Source: Octopus sinensis (Eukaryota). Taken from it: a DNA stretch of 64,000 nucleotides. Numbering within the stretch: position 1 is the first letter of the stretch; each line of letters opens with the position of its first letter. The stretch is from NCBI RefSeq assembly GCF_006345805.1, contig NC_042999.1:106082001-106146000 (forward strand). The letters run 5' to 3'. The position numbers and the translations under genes are program-made. The notes under the pieces are model-generated. The model searched no databases. It saw nothing but the letters and a program-made list of their open reading frames with translations, and was not told the DNA's origin. Below are positions 51,131-64,000 of the stretch, in pieces.

Positions 51131-53599
51131 CATACATACATACATACATACATAAATACATATATATACATACACATTCTTAGGATGTAATTTCCTCTTA
51201 AGGTAATGTTAATAAGAATCCAGATACCAACTGGCTTTATCAAATATATTGAAACAAATTTCCTCGATATATATGTATAACCAGTCTAATAAATTATAAA
51301 TTATAAAGTTCATAAAAGAAAATGGAGAAGAAAAATATAACAGATACTTAGCTCATTTTATTTGTATCACAATGGAAAAGTAATGCAAAGTATAAAATAA
51401 TACCTATAAGAATAAGAAGAAAAGGAACCAGATCAACAAAACAACCAAAAGATATCCGAAAGAATCCTACACATGTTTCAATCCGCCAGTATGTTTGAAT
51501 TATCAACATTCGAACGAATATATATGTAATAAATGATATATTGCCAGGTCTCTCCAGGAAAATGTATGAATATTTACCGATCTTGAATTACGAAATAACT
51601 AATTTGTAAACACAGTACTCAAATTATGACGCGGAGTTCACGTGATTAGACATTCATAGTTTGAAATTTATCTAATATTGATCATTGGAATATTGCTAAA
51701 ACATCAAATGCATTTGAAATATATATATATATATATATATAATATTTATAAAAGATTATGGGAAGAAGAAAGTATAAAGACATGTAACGTATCATGAGGG
51801 GTGCAATATACAAAGCATTTGATTGAGAAATATAAATAAAGAAAGGATGAGAAGTTTGTTTATATTCTACGACAATAAAGAGTTTTAGAATACAGAGAAA
51901 TATAATATTGGTATTTTTTAGGATTAAATGGGTTAAGGTATAATTTCCGGTGTTCTAACACATAAAATATTTGGTATATATAAATGCTATTGTACTCACT
52001 TAGGAGAAGCGAAAGAAATTAAAAACCGGTGTTCCTCTTTTTTTATTTTCTTAAGTCAATATATGAGTACCTAGTAATCTCCAGTTTTAGAATGTCCAAA
52101 GACAAAACACTCAAATCCAGCATGATCTTGCGTAAATGTCTGAATCTCTCAAAATATATATGGTGATGTCATGACATATTCGATGAAGTTGGTCATATAT
52201 GTGACTGGTGTATATCTATGCAAGAATGTGCAGGATTGCTAATATCATAAGATATAATACTATGCACCTGGTTATTTTGTAGATTATGAGCGAATTTGAT
52301 TTAGAAAATACTGCTTTTTAATAACCTTAAAAAGTCAATATTTGAAGCAATAAACTCCTAAATAATATCCATACTATAATTATGTTTGTTCGTTCATTGA
52401 CAGTTTGTTAGGGAGGAGAAAAAGAGGGAGTGAGAGACAGAGCTGGAGTGAAAGAGAGAGAGGGAGGGATAATGGGAAAGAGAGAGATGGAAAGAGAGTG
52501 TGAAAGTGAAATAGGAAGGAGGATGAATGAGCGGGATATCAGTTAGTCACTTCCTCTAATCACGCTGTGAATGAGATAGCAGATATACACTTTTGCTTAC
52601 GTAGCTGTCACGCGGCTAGAAGAGGTGAACGGTGATGAGAAACAGAGAAATGTCGAGGAAATAAAGAGAGGAATTACATTGTTAAAAAGTTTGTTGAAGT
52701 AAAAGGTAAAGATGACAGAGAGAAATATAAAGTGTTTAGCCGAGGGAAATTTTAGAATGATATAATATATGATGAAATAATTCAGTGAACTAGTAATTTG
52801 TAATATAATTTGTAAACAGTAATTTGTAATTGAATTGAAACTAATCATTTAATTAAAAGTATTATGGTTTGTTTTCTCTATATCATTTTTTGAAAATTTA
52901 TTCGACATAATGTAAAGTAATTATAATAAAATATTGCGTAATAAGGAATATGCCATTACATATTGAATTAATCTTGAAGTTCCAACAGCAATACTAATGA
53001 ATGCTATGTATATTAACAATGGTATAGATTGCTATTGTATAGTTTTCTATTACTTATTGCACAGTTAATAATAAGATTTATTTGAAATAAAAATGCAAAG
53101 CATTCTCTCTTAAATAGCTCCGCTTAACTATTTTTTGTTCCGTCGTCAAATTTCCACCGATTCCTCTGGTAATTAATATAATATTAATTGTAGCTTTAGG
53201 TATGTCATACAGGTACGCTAGTAGAATCACAATAAGATCGACATTAACTGGTTTAGTAATATTGCTTACATGCATGTTCATAGCTTTTCTCAATTCGACA
53301 GTGTCGATTTGCTTTATATAAAATCTTTGTATATGGTTCGCCATATTTTCTATTTATTACAATATAATTTATTATAATTAAAAGGATACAAGGATAAGTT
53401 GTTGAAGAAGTTTATGTTTGTTAATAATTCCATCATGAGAAAAAAATCTAAAAGTAACAGAAGAGTTTCTTTCATCATAATTACAGGGGTATAAATAGCA
53501 CACCTTTATACTATTGTATATGGTTATACGTGTCTGATGCATTTGCTAAGAACGGTATGACTGTATGTTTTAATCTTTATAGAGATTCCGTATAAGGGA

Positions 53600-54200
53600 A
53601 GGCATTAGTGATTATTTGTTTATAAATATCTAAAATGCGTCTTCCCCTTCGTAATTACTTCTGTTTCAACATAAAATCTCCTACCAAATCAACTGTCAGT
53701 TTTGTACAACATGAAAAAAGATCCTAATATCACTTTAGACGTTAAAGACGAGGAACAACATTCATAAATTTAACACTTTAGGCCCTGGAAATTACAACAA
53801 GCATTGATCTACATTCAACAAATTTAACGCTAGATGATATAAGGCATTCAAAAATCTAAATAGAATTCTGCTGTCTAACTCAGCCAGCATAAGAATCCCA
53901 AAATCATCCCTATGAATGTTCGTACTTCAACAAGAAAATATTCGATATGACAACCATCAACTAAAGTAATTCATTTCTGAGGAACAATTTCAAACGAAAA
54001 AACAACTATTCCCTTTACTAGCCTCAAAATAAAAAGAAACCTAGCACCTTATAGAATATGATTTACATGCCCACTTTTATGCAATGTAAAATCTTACATA
54101 GGAAGTTATAATCGAGCTCTAATAAGAGAACACTCTCATAAGAGCTACATACAAGGGAGCTTTACAAGGCACCATGTCAAAATAAGCTCTACTTGGTTTG
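53600..54200 (+). mobile_element. Decayed Penelope-like GIY-YIG relic
   Basis: FTCPLLCNVKSYIGSYNRALIREH at ~54060-54135 fits Y.F.C..C...YIG.T.R.L..R..EH. Confidence 0.45.
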
Positions 54201-54247
54201 AACTCGAAGATATACCACTCAGACAGACTGACAGATACACAGATAAT

Positions 54248-54410
54248 TTATTACTTCATTGCCGACAGCGGGGCTAAACATGGAGGGGACAAACAAGAAC
54301 AGGTTGAGGGATTACGTTGAGTACAACGACCCCAGTGCGTAACTGGTACACATTTAATCGACTCCGAAAGGATGAAAGGCAAAGTCGACCTCGGCGGAAT
54401 TTGAACTCAG
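54248..54410 (-). mobile_element. 5'-truncated SINE family A
   Basis: GGGGCTAAACATGGAGGGGACAAAC...GGATGAAAGGCAAAGTCGACCTCGGCGGAATTTGAACTC matches other family A copies. Confidence 0.9.
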
Positions 54411-54563
54411 AACTTCAGTTCAAATTCTGCAGAGGTCGACTTTGCCTTTCTAAATTATGCAGTCGAAGTACATAACCACTGGAAATACTATTCAAGGAGG
54501 AACTGAGCATAGTATTGCATACAAACCTCAAATAGTTATGTGGTAAAGGGTTTTTATTCAAAT

Positions 54564-54786
54564 AAGGCGGCGAGCTGGCAGAAACGTTAGCACGCCGGTC
54601 GAATAGCGTAGCCGTATTTCGTCTGTCGTTGCCTTTTGAGTTCAAATTCCGTCGAGGTCGACTTTGCCTTTCATCCTTTCGGGGTCGATTAAATAAGTAC
54701 CAGTTACGCACTGGGGTCGATGTAATCGACTTAATCCGTTTGTCTGTCCTCTCTGTGTTTAGCCCCTTGTGGGTAGTAAAGAAATA
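54564..54786 (+). mobile_element. Full-length tRNA-derived SINE family A with a perfect 22-bp TSD
   Basis: A-box-like TGGCAGAAACG and B-box GAGTTCAAATTCC. TSD GGTAAAGGGTTTTTATTCAAAT lies at 54542-54563 and 54787-54808. Confidence 0.97.
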
Positions 54787-55936
54787 GGTAAAGGGTTTTT
54801 ATTCAAATGTTCTTAATCCTACACTCATCTTTAGACATATAAGTAAAAGAATACACTACAAACGAATTTGTTACAACTGGTGCCAGGAGTAAAATCGATG
54901 AATTATTGTATTAAATGGGATATTATGGAAACGTCCAAGGATTATAAAATAGGATACAAAATTTCTGAAAATACACATGCGTAACAAAAGTATCGATGTC
55001 TATCCTAATATATTATACATAATTATAATACACACGAAGATTTGGCTGAAATATATATATATTGTATGTTTTTTCTTATTTATGGCAACGTTTCTACAAT
55101 TCAACAATTTATCTGAAACTGAACATATCTACTTTGAATCTACGTCAATGACCGAACACAAATAATGTTATTTTTGTTAGAAAGTGTATTATTCCGCTTA
55201 AATTCAAGTCTCTAGAAAAGATTGCGTATCAATAAAGATGTGTGCGACAGTATTTTTTTCTGTAAAGCACCACTTTAGTTAAGTGCTCTATGAAGAATTA
55301 AGACAACACTCAGTTTTATTACGTTAATAATACCTTATAAAAGATTTAGACATTTGAGCTGCTTGTATGATAAATGTATTCGATATAATACTAAAAGTTT
55401 TTCAATGTAATACCAGTTATGTAGGTTGTAATTGATCTGATACACATATATATATTTGGGAGCGTAGATGTGTTTCTATATGTATGTGTGTGAGAGAGTG
55501 TGTGTCTCTGTGTGTGAGTGTGTTTGTATGCATGTATAAATATATGCTATCTGCACACACAGATAGATGCGTGTGCGAGATGTGTGCATATATGTACATA
55601 AACAGTTATCAAAATATTGTTGCAACAAATCTTCATGTACGTGACTATTGAATTTCATTTTCTCCTACACAGTTCGAGTGATTATAAACAGTGCATGCAC
55701 ATCATTTCAAAACAGAAATCATCTGAGTGTTATACATTTGTTTTATTATCAACGCCCATCACAGATATGATGGCTTATTGTTTGGCTTCAAATGCGTAAT
55801 GAAGATGTTTTGTTTTCATGTCTTTATACTTATATACACGTGCTCTTGTGAGTGTGTGCGCGTGTTAGGCGTATGAACGTGTAGAGTTATCACACACACA
55901 TATATATACTTATGAACATATGCATACATACATACA

Positions 55937-56029
<93 letters not shown>

Positions 56030-56063
56030 ATCAAAATAAGCAACGAGATAATAAGTAGTAATG

Positions 56064-56963
56064 CAGTGCAACCGTTTCAAATGGGTCCATTTAATTGAAC
56101 AATGCAATCATTACATCAATTTAAATGCAGTGCCATTTTCAGCTGCACATAAGTAGCATTTTAGCCAGTCGCACACAATATAATTTTTCTCAAATATTTT
56201 AACAGAGCAAGAAAATGCAAGAATAGGCTACACTTCCAAGAATCGCATGAAGCCTATTGGGGTTATACTGTTGTAAATGAAAGCAATGCATTTCTAATTC
56301 ATTTATCTCAATATCAACTACTAAATCTAAGACCAGAAGACTGTGTCTATTTTGAATAAAGGACACGAGTGATTTGACAGCTCATGGCTAGGTATAGTCA
56401 TAAATATTGTCATATGTATTCCTTTCCGTCGTGGAGGAAAGAAGACATTAAGAGTATTCAGTTGGATATACAGTACCTGTCTATAAAAAGAGGCTGTGTA
56501 GGAGATGTCTTTAAATCATGATGCTAATTATCAGTTAAAGGGGACAAACGCTAAGTAACCTAAAATATTAATACAGAGGACATTTTATTTTGAGGCATTA
56601 TGGGTGATTGATATAAATAATATCGTTATGTTGTATAAAAAATAAAATTAAGATTTTCAAAAATGATATCATTTTCGATTTAGTAGTTAATAAAGAGATA
56701 AATGAATTAGAAATTAATTAAAATCCTTTACAGCACTATGACCCCATGCTATTCGGGGAAGTGTAGTCTATTCTTAGCTACAATAGTGACAACATGAATC
56801 TTCCTGATCTGTTAAAATATTTGAGAAAAATTATATTAATGTATCCAACTGGTTAAAATCCTACTTATTTATTAAGTTGTGCAGCTGAAGATGGCATTGC
56901 AATTAAATTGATGTAATAATTGCATCGGTCAATTAAATGGAACCGCTTGAAACGGTCGTACTG
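56064..56963. mobile_element. Unclassified ~900-bp element with 86-bp inverted repeats
   Basis: 56064-56149 and the reverse complement of 56878-56963 match at 75/86 without gaps. No TSD or transposase was found. Confidence 0.7.
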
Positions 56964-57670
56964 AATCATTACTTGATATCCTGTTGCTTATTTTGATTTT
57001 ATTCACCATACTTCGAGCTGTGCAGATAATACCGGACTGACTTAGTGCTTCTGCTTAAGTATCTAATTCAACTGAATCTCAATTATATATATATGTGTGT
57101 GTGTGTGTGTGTCACAATGAGGATTTTTAACTTCTTATAGGGACATTTATCCAAGATACAGTGGTTTAATACATTGAATTTTGAAGATAATTCTTCAATG
57201 AATATATTATATAAAACATCGTAAAATATCAAACATTATTGTCGAGTTAGAAAACAGAAAGATTCATATTCACCAACAACTCTTTCATTTCGCAAACAAA
57301 ATTAAAATTACAAAACATATAAGCATAAGATTTTGTATTTTAGATAGCTTCTGTGAAAAATCATCAGGGTGTAGAAAGGACAATACGGATCACATTAGTA
57401 TACTTTTGGAATACACAGCTTATAAAGACATATTTATTATGGGTGTATATATGCGTGTGTGTGTATGCGTGCATTAAAATTATTCCTTTTGTTTCAATTT
57501 AATAATAATAATAACCATGAATGATGGGTTACATTATATACGGGCAAATAGATATAGTGAATAAAAGATAGTTAAAGGGAAATAAAACTTAAGTTCATGG
57601 AACAAAACAAAGCAAAACTGAACCAAAATTTATACTTATGCTTTCACACGGGTACATATATATATCTATC

Positions 57671-57766
<96 letters not shown>

Positions 57767-58865
57767 CATACACGCAACAAGTATATAAGTCAATAGTTTC
57801 AACATCAATATGCATGTGTATTGGTATATATATATGTTCCGTTCCAACTTGCTTCTTTGGGTATATAGATTAAATTATATATGAGCAAAAATAAATTAAT
57901 GACAATAGAAAAATGAAATAAAAAAGTAAACTAGAAATAAAGTAAAATGAAATAAAGTAAATAAAATAAAATGTACGAATGTGAAAGAAATTGAAATATG
58001 TCCATGTTCATGTGTGTATACGTTTGTGCTTGTACATATGTGTTTAAATGCATATATTACACACATATGGATGTATTCGTTTATGTTTTATTGCGTGTGT
58101 GTGTGTTTATATATAGAAATATATATATGTGTGTATGTGTTTTCTGCCTAAGTTAGCATATTGGTTCTCAAGTATGCATTCATTTTGATGAAAGAGCAAT
58201 TATTTATATATCATTTGAATTTAGATAGAAAAGTATGTTTAATACTTTTGCGGTCGTGTACGTGTATATTTCTGTTCATACACGTGGACGCGTGTGTATG
58301 TGTATATATTATCTTTATATGTATTAGGATATGTGTGTGTAGGGGGTGAGCATGTGTGCGTGTGACATTTCGTTCGAAGTTCATTTCATTACATATATAT
58401 ATTATTGACATATTATTAACGTAATTATATTAACGATTATATTTATTACTAGTTATTATATTATAGAATTGTATATTATGCATTTATGTATATGTTGGGA
58501 TGGGGCACTTAATATTCATATTTGGGCTTATTCTATACATTTATGATTATTACGTGGAATTATTTGGCGTGTTACAACATCACTATTGATCTCATTGATA
58601 GATTTATTGTATTTGTATCTAAGTTAAAATATATAATGTTATACGATTAATTCATTAATAGAGCTCAATACTCGATGTTATCATTACCGTCACTATTAAA
58701 CTGATTTTTAAGTATTGTATAATATATCATAACACAGTGCATGTTATTTATGATTATATTATGTTATATTTAACTTATGTTCGGTTTGGTTTCTGTTGCC
58801 GTCCACTTTCAACTATTTCAGGTATTTAGAAGAATATTAATTCTATCGGTATTACTACTGGTGGA

Positions 58866-59080
58866 AAGGCAGTGAGGCGGCAGAATCGTTTGCAAGCCGG
58901 GCGAAATACTTAGCGGCATTTTGTCTGTCTTGAACTTCTGAGTGCAAATCTCGCCGAGATCGATTTTGCCTTTCATCCTTTCAGGGCTTCTAAAATAAGT
59001 GCCAGTTGGGACCTGGGGGAGGTGATATAATCGAATTATTCCTTCCCCGCAAACTACTAACCTTGTGCCAAAATTTAAAA
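58866..59080 (+). mobile_element. SINE family A (3' variant 2), diverged
   Basis: GGCAGAATCG...GCCGAGATCGATTTTGCCTTTCATCCTTTC matches family A. Confidence 0.85.
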
Positions 59081-60307
59081 CGTGCATTACTACTAGTGGA
59101 AGACCCAGATATACTATTGAATTTATCACTTTCTCAAATAGCGATTCAATAATACACACACGTAGATATGTGTATATATGTATAGATATATTTGAACATT
59201 GTGAAATGCTGAACACTTCAGAGCAATCTTGTAATTAAATTGTAAATTTTAAATAAAATGTTATTTCATTATGCAAATTATTTAAAATGCAGCAAGTAAT
59301 CTAATAGCATCTAAATCTATTTCATTCCCTGGGACTCTGCAGAGATATTGTAAAAACTATTTAGATATATATTTACCAGCATTTAGCGTTATCCTTTTTC
59401 ACCAAATATGTTAAAGAAATATTTTGAGATGATGCTTAAACATTCCAACACAGAAATAATATATGAAAGCAGCCGTTACTGACTATACTCATTGCATTTT
59501 ACAGGCACAATATCGAATAAACAACTCATGAGACTGTTCAGTGGTATTGTCAAATACTTCCTGTTACTTAAATGTTTGTACAAGATTACAAATCCCGAAT
59601 TAAACGTTAAAGAGTCATTGGCATAGTATTCACTATTTAAATGCATACATGTATATGGAAATAATTGTATTAACATGAGTTTTCTCTTTTTATGCGCAGT
59701 GCTACTAGACCTAGAGCATTGGTGCTTGTCAACGTCGTTTCGTTTTACAACTTAGATAGAAAACGAAATTAGGTCATGCAGGCCTAATAACGACAATTAT
59801 TCCTTAAAACTATACGGTAAGACAAAGTAATTTGATAAATGGACCAATATGCATCATAATTTATTGACAATAATAACATAAAAGAGTATATGGTGTTGGC
59901 AAATCTTGTAGACAGATATATAAAGACAAATGTATCCATATAATTATCATATATCTATAAAAACATATATGTCTTTAAATAGAGAGATACAGGCAAATAT
60001 AAAATACATATACGTGTGTGTATATATGCGTATATTTACACAGAACCAGTCCTAAAATATAATTGTCACTCGACTAAAAACATGAATAGACATTACCCAA
60101 ATGATCGCATACCGTTCTTGAAAGGACTATTTTAACTGTAATCGATGTAAAATCGTTCATATTACTCCAGGACATTTAGAAGAAAAATTGCGTAACATAG
60201 TCTGTAAATAACTGTCGTGTTCGATGAGCATATTACATGAGAATGTGTCACGTCGTTTTGAGTAAAAACACATAGATTTCTTTTTCATGAAGTAGCCCGG
60301 AACATAC

Positions 60308-60370
60308 TGCAAGACAATATTTGAGCTGATCTTTCATTTGTTGCAAGAGAAGAGCCTGTGACCTACGTCG
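60308..60370 (-). other. Candidate isolated 63-nt coding exon (RRRSQALLLQQMKDQLKYCLA)
   Basis: Acceptor GCTAAACAATTTATTCTTTTTCAG, donor GCA|GTATGT, open in phase 0-0. I recognise no homolog, and splice-like motifs arise by chance in AT-rich DNA. Confidence 0.25.
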
Positions 60371-61612
60371 CTGAAAAAGAATAAATTGTTTAGCTTTCTT
60401 GTTAACGATTCTTCCTCTCGGCCACCTGTTTCTCTCTGTTTCAAAATAATATTTTCACTATCTGACACGGATGCTTCCGAAAATTTGACTGATTGCAATA
60501 AAACGGGTTGACAACCTAACTTACCACAGACCAATACAGACCAATCCTTGTTTTCGTTTCTCAAGTTTAGATCGTAAATGTACTTATACTACTAGCGAGT
60601 TATTACCAAAAATTTTGTAACAATATATCAGTTATTTATTAATAGAATGTGTGCATATAAATGTTTAAATTTCTGTCATGTTGTATGTTTATACTGGTGT
60701 GAATCTTTGTATATCCTCTTAGGCAACTGATTGATTCAAACCTGTAAAAGAATACAGAACAAAATCGAACTGCAATCTCACTAGCGAGGCAAAACCTGAT
60801 ATACAATGCGTAATATTTACCTTAACCATATATACTAATTTACACTTCCGGATCATAGTTCTTTTTCACATATTCACTTAATATTTGCTTAACGTTCTCT
60901 CGCAATCGTTTCTATTTGTATTCTATTTTAATGAAGCCTTGGCTTTTATACGACTCTGTCGAAAATTGCGACGTCCCTTTCAATAGGATAATCTCTAATT
61001 TACTGATTGCTATTCTTACAGAAATTACAAGTAGATAATGAAACAGAAAGGTATATATAATATCCATAGATTCAATATATTTTTGAGTGCACATAATACA
61101 TATTCATTTATACAAACATCATTTTCAAAATATTAACTAACATATACATAGTTCATATTGCGTTATATACAAAATACAAAAGTGCTAAGACAAGTGAGCA
61201 GAGAAAAAAAAAATTTCAAAGAAGATTCGAGATTTGGTGTATCTTTTTATTGAAACGGTAAGCTTTACGCACGTACCTACATATATATACACACGTACGT
61301 ACATACATACATATATTCATACATAGATATATGTGCATGTGCATTTTTTGTGATGTGTATGCTAGAGTATATAAGTACTAAATAAGGTTGCGAAAATAGC
61401 AATGAATAGAGAAGGTGGACTTAGATTAACCTGTGTGTGTACGTGTGCATATATTTATATGCAGACATACAAATATACGTATATACATATATATATATAT
61501 ATATATCCATATACATATATATATACATATATAGACGCATATGTATATATATATATATATACATACGTATATAAATATATATACATATATATGATGTACA
61601 TGCATGTATGCG

Positions 61613-61655
<43 letters not shown>

Positions 61656-62685
61656 TCTTGCACAGTATATGTGCGTGTATGTTTGTGTATGTATGTACAT
61701 ATATATGTACATGCATATGTGAATACGCTCATACAATAAATTCAACAAGTTCCGTTAATTTTCATATCAATATTTATGATATCATGTTAGTGTGCGTGTG
61801 CATATATACACTTGATATACCATCCACTGCCTGTTTCTCAGAATGTATACATGTGTGAAACTTTGTATACAGTTAAACGTGTGTGCTGATACGATAGGTA
61901 ATCAAGCTTTATGTATTTTAATATGAGTGAGTTTATATATACATACATCAATACATACAGGCTTACATATCTGCGTGCGTATGGATGTATGCACACACCT
62001 TCTTACATTTTACTTATGAATATTTAATCATGACAATAAAAAGTCAAGGTGTATGTACTTGAATTCGTTAATCTCAGTTTGTATCTCCGTATGTGACAAC
62101 AGGCTGACATTTTCTTCATCTTACGAATTAAAAAGAAAATCTATTTCAATAGAACTCTAATTAAATTCGTTTCGAAACTCACTCTAACTATAAAAAGAAA
62201 AATGTAAGTGATATGTTGTGTTTAGATTCGATGTTTTACTGCTGCAGGGTCAATTGTAATATGTAAAATTTTAACAATAGCATTAGAAAGTGAACTGGAG
62301 TTAGCTTTAGAACGAAAATTGACTCTGTATAAAAGAAAGAGTGATAGATTTTTTGATAAACTTACATATAAATTAAATAAACATATTAAAAGAAATAATG
62401 AGCAATTTCAGAAATATATGTTTGTATTCGCATATGACGACAATCATGTTAATAATAATAATAATTTAACGTAACTTTAGAGGGTTATTCGCATAAAAAA
62501 TATGCGCTTTCATTTATGCATTAATTTATTTCGTTTTTTCAATGTTAGCATTGCTGTGCTTTTTGGAATTTTAGGCATCTGTATACTGTTGTTATACGCA
62601 GTTGATAACCTTGTAAACAAACATGGAACATCTGTGAACTCCGACGTATTTTAAACAGAGTTAGTAAACTATGATATGCGATCGG

Positions 62686-62722
62686 TGCAGGCATGGCTGC
62701 GTGGTAAGAAGTTTGCTTCTCA
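62686..62722 (+). mobile_element. SINE family B head fragment
   Basis: GGTGCAGGCATGGCTGCGTGGTAAGAAGTTTGCTT matches the 48214-48180 head and runs into (TA)n. Confidence 0.7.
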
Positions 62723-62723
62723 A

Positions 62724-62794
<71 letters not shown>

Positions 62795-62805
62795 ATACAT
62801 ATATA

Positions 62806-64000
62806 TCAGGTCGTAAAGTATGAAACTTGTAGAAACAAACAAAAATGTTTGATAATGTTTCATAAATACAAGGAATAGTTTTATTCATCAAAGTATGCCA
62901 CCCATATTTTCAATACAAATTTTCCATTTCAGCGGTTGCATGCCAAGCCCGGAACTATAAAAGCCTGGCAATCTAGAGTCAATAAAATTTTGGAATACCT
63001 GTTTTACAGCATCGCTGGAATTAATTTTTTTCCTATCAAAAAGTTATTCAAATTTTAGAAGAAGTGGTAGTCAGCGGGGGCAAGATCGGGTGAGTATGGT
63101 AGATGATAGAGGACTTCCATCTCCAAATCCTTTAGTTTCACCAATCATTTTTGCTATCTGGGTTCTGGGGTTGTCTTGCGATAAAATAGGAATGGATCTG
63201 TTGATTCATCTAGGCTGTTTTTTGTACGTTTCTGCATCATTTGGTCCACTTGGCTGCAGTATACTTCGGCCGTGATCGATGAGTCAGGTTTAATGAAATC
63301 GTAATGGATCTCACCTGCGCCAGACCACGGAACACACACCCTCAGCTTCTTTTGTTGGATTTTGCAATTTGGGCTATGTTTTAGTGGCTCGGCTTTGTCC
63401 AGCCATTGAGCTGAACGTTTACGATTGTTGTATTGGATCCATTTCTAATCTCATGTTATAATTCGATTAAAACATTACTTAATTTTGTGACGAGAAATTA
63501 GCAACTTCCAAACGTTGCTTATATCTGATTTTCATTGAGTTCATGTGGAATCCAGTTATCCAACTTTTTGACGTTACCGATTTGAACTAGGTGAGCCTAA
63601 CACCAAACAACAACGATAATTCACGGGCGCTTTGAGATATATCTAACTCGACGGTGGCTTTGATTTCGCGATTATCCACCTTTGTTTCTGGTCGACCACG
63701 TTTCTCATTTGTGAAGTCAAAGTTACCAGAACGAACTTTTGAAAACCAATTTGATACTGTCTGCAGTGTATAATATTCCGAGCTGTCTGCGATGACGTAT
63801 TTCCAAGAAAGAACTCGTATTTCAAAACTGTACGAACTTTCGAAATATCCATGTCTTAAAAAACTAGCAAAAATTGGTTTATAATTATTTTATAAAGCGC
63901 AAAATGATTTAGAATAGAGAAATAGATGTGTCAGCTTTCTAACAAGAATAAAGATTGTCAAAATATCATAAAGGTACAGAATGAGCCGCTGTCAAATTTC
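62806..64000 (-). mobile_element. Decayed mariner (Mos1-like TIR), probably extending past the window end
   Basis: TA|TCAGGTCGTAAAGTATGAAAC resembles the Mos1 TIR. Fragments read MDISKVRTVLKYEF..GNTSSQTARNI, IHYDFIKPDSSITAEVYCSQVDQM and ILSQDNPRTQ. Confidence 0.9.

Noticed and set aside
7774-62000. Dozens of ORF-track entries rich in [16 protein letters not shown] or poly-M/I/G/H
   Set aside because: They are translations of (TA)n, (CA)n, (GATA)n and trinucleotide repeats, not genes.
1-64000. CRISPR arrays, rRNA genes, prokaryotic operons or defence systems
   Set aside because: No regularly spaced repeat-spacer arrays, rRNA-like sequence or gene-dense regions; the DNA is eukaryotic and repeat-derived.

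Overview
AT-rich, microsatellite-saturated animal genomic DNA. It is most likely from an octopus or related cephalopod, inferred from my recollection of the two recurrent tRNA-derived SINE families and from composition; no search was run. I find no intact host protein-coding gene, rRNA, true tRNA or CRISPR array. Most ORF-track entries are microsatellite read-throughs or the antisense strand of transposons. The window is a transposon graveyard: five Tc1/mariner relics plus a mariner MITE, Penelope-like elements (PLEs), R4/Dong-, RTE-, CR1- and L1/Tx1-type LINE fragments, Helitron ends and a Helitron helicase relic, about ten SINE copies, a Merlin-like MITE and an unclassified long-inverted-repeat element. 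The most interesting layer is RNA structure. At least four hammerhead ribozyme motifs of two families (7097-7131, 7263-7307, 8048-8092, 26559-26602) sit in short repeats that look like PLE termini, and a fifth candidate lies inside a 39-bp perfect hairpin (45865-45986). Stem I covaries between copies, and two different hammerheads lie in tandem with predicted cleavage sites 168 nt apart. Several local fold-back palindromes (27010-27267, 45865-45986, 54374-54450) and TE termini abutting (TA)n tracts are a second recurring theme. All alignments were done by eye.
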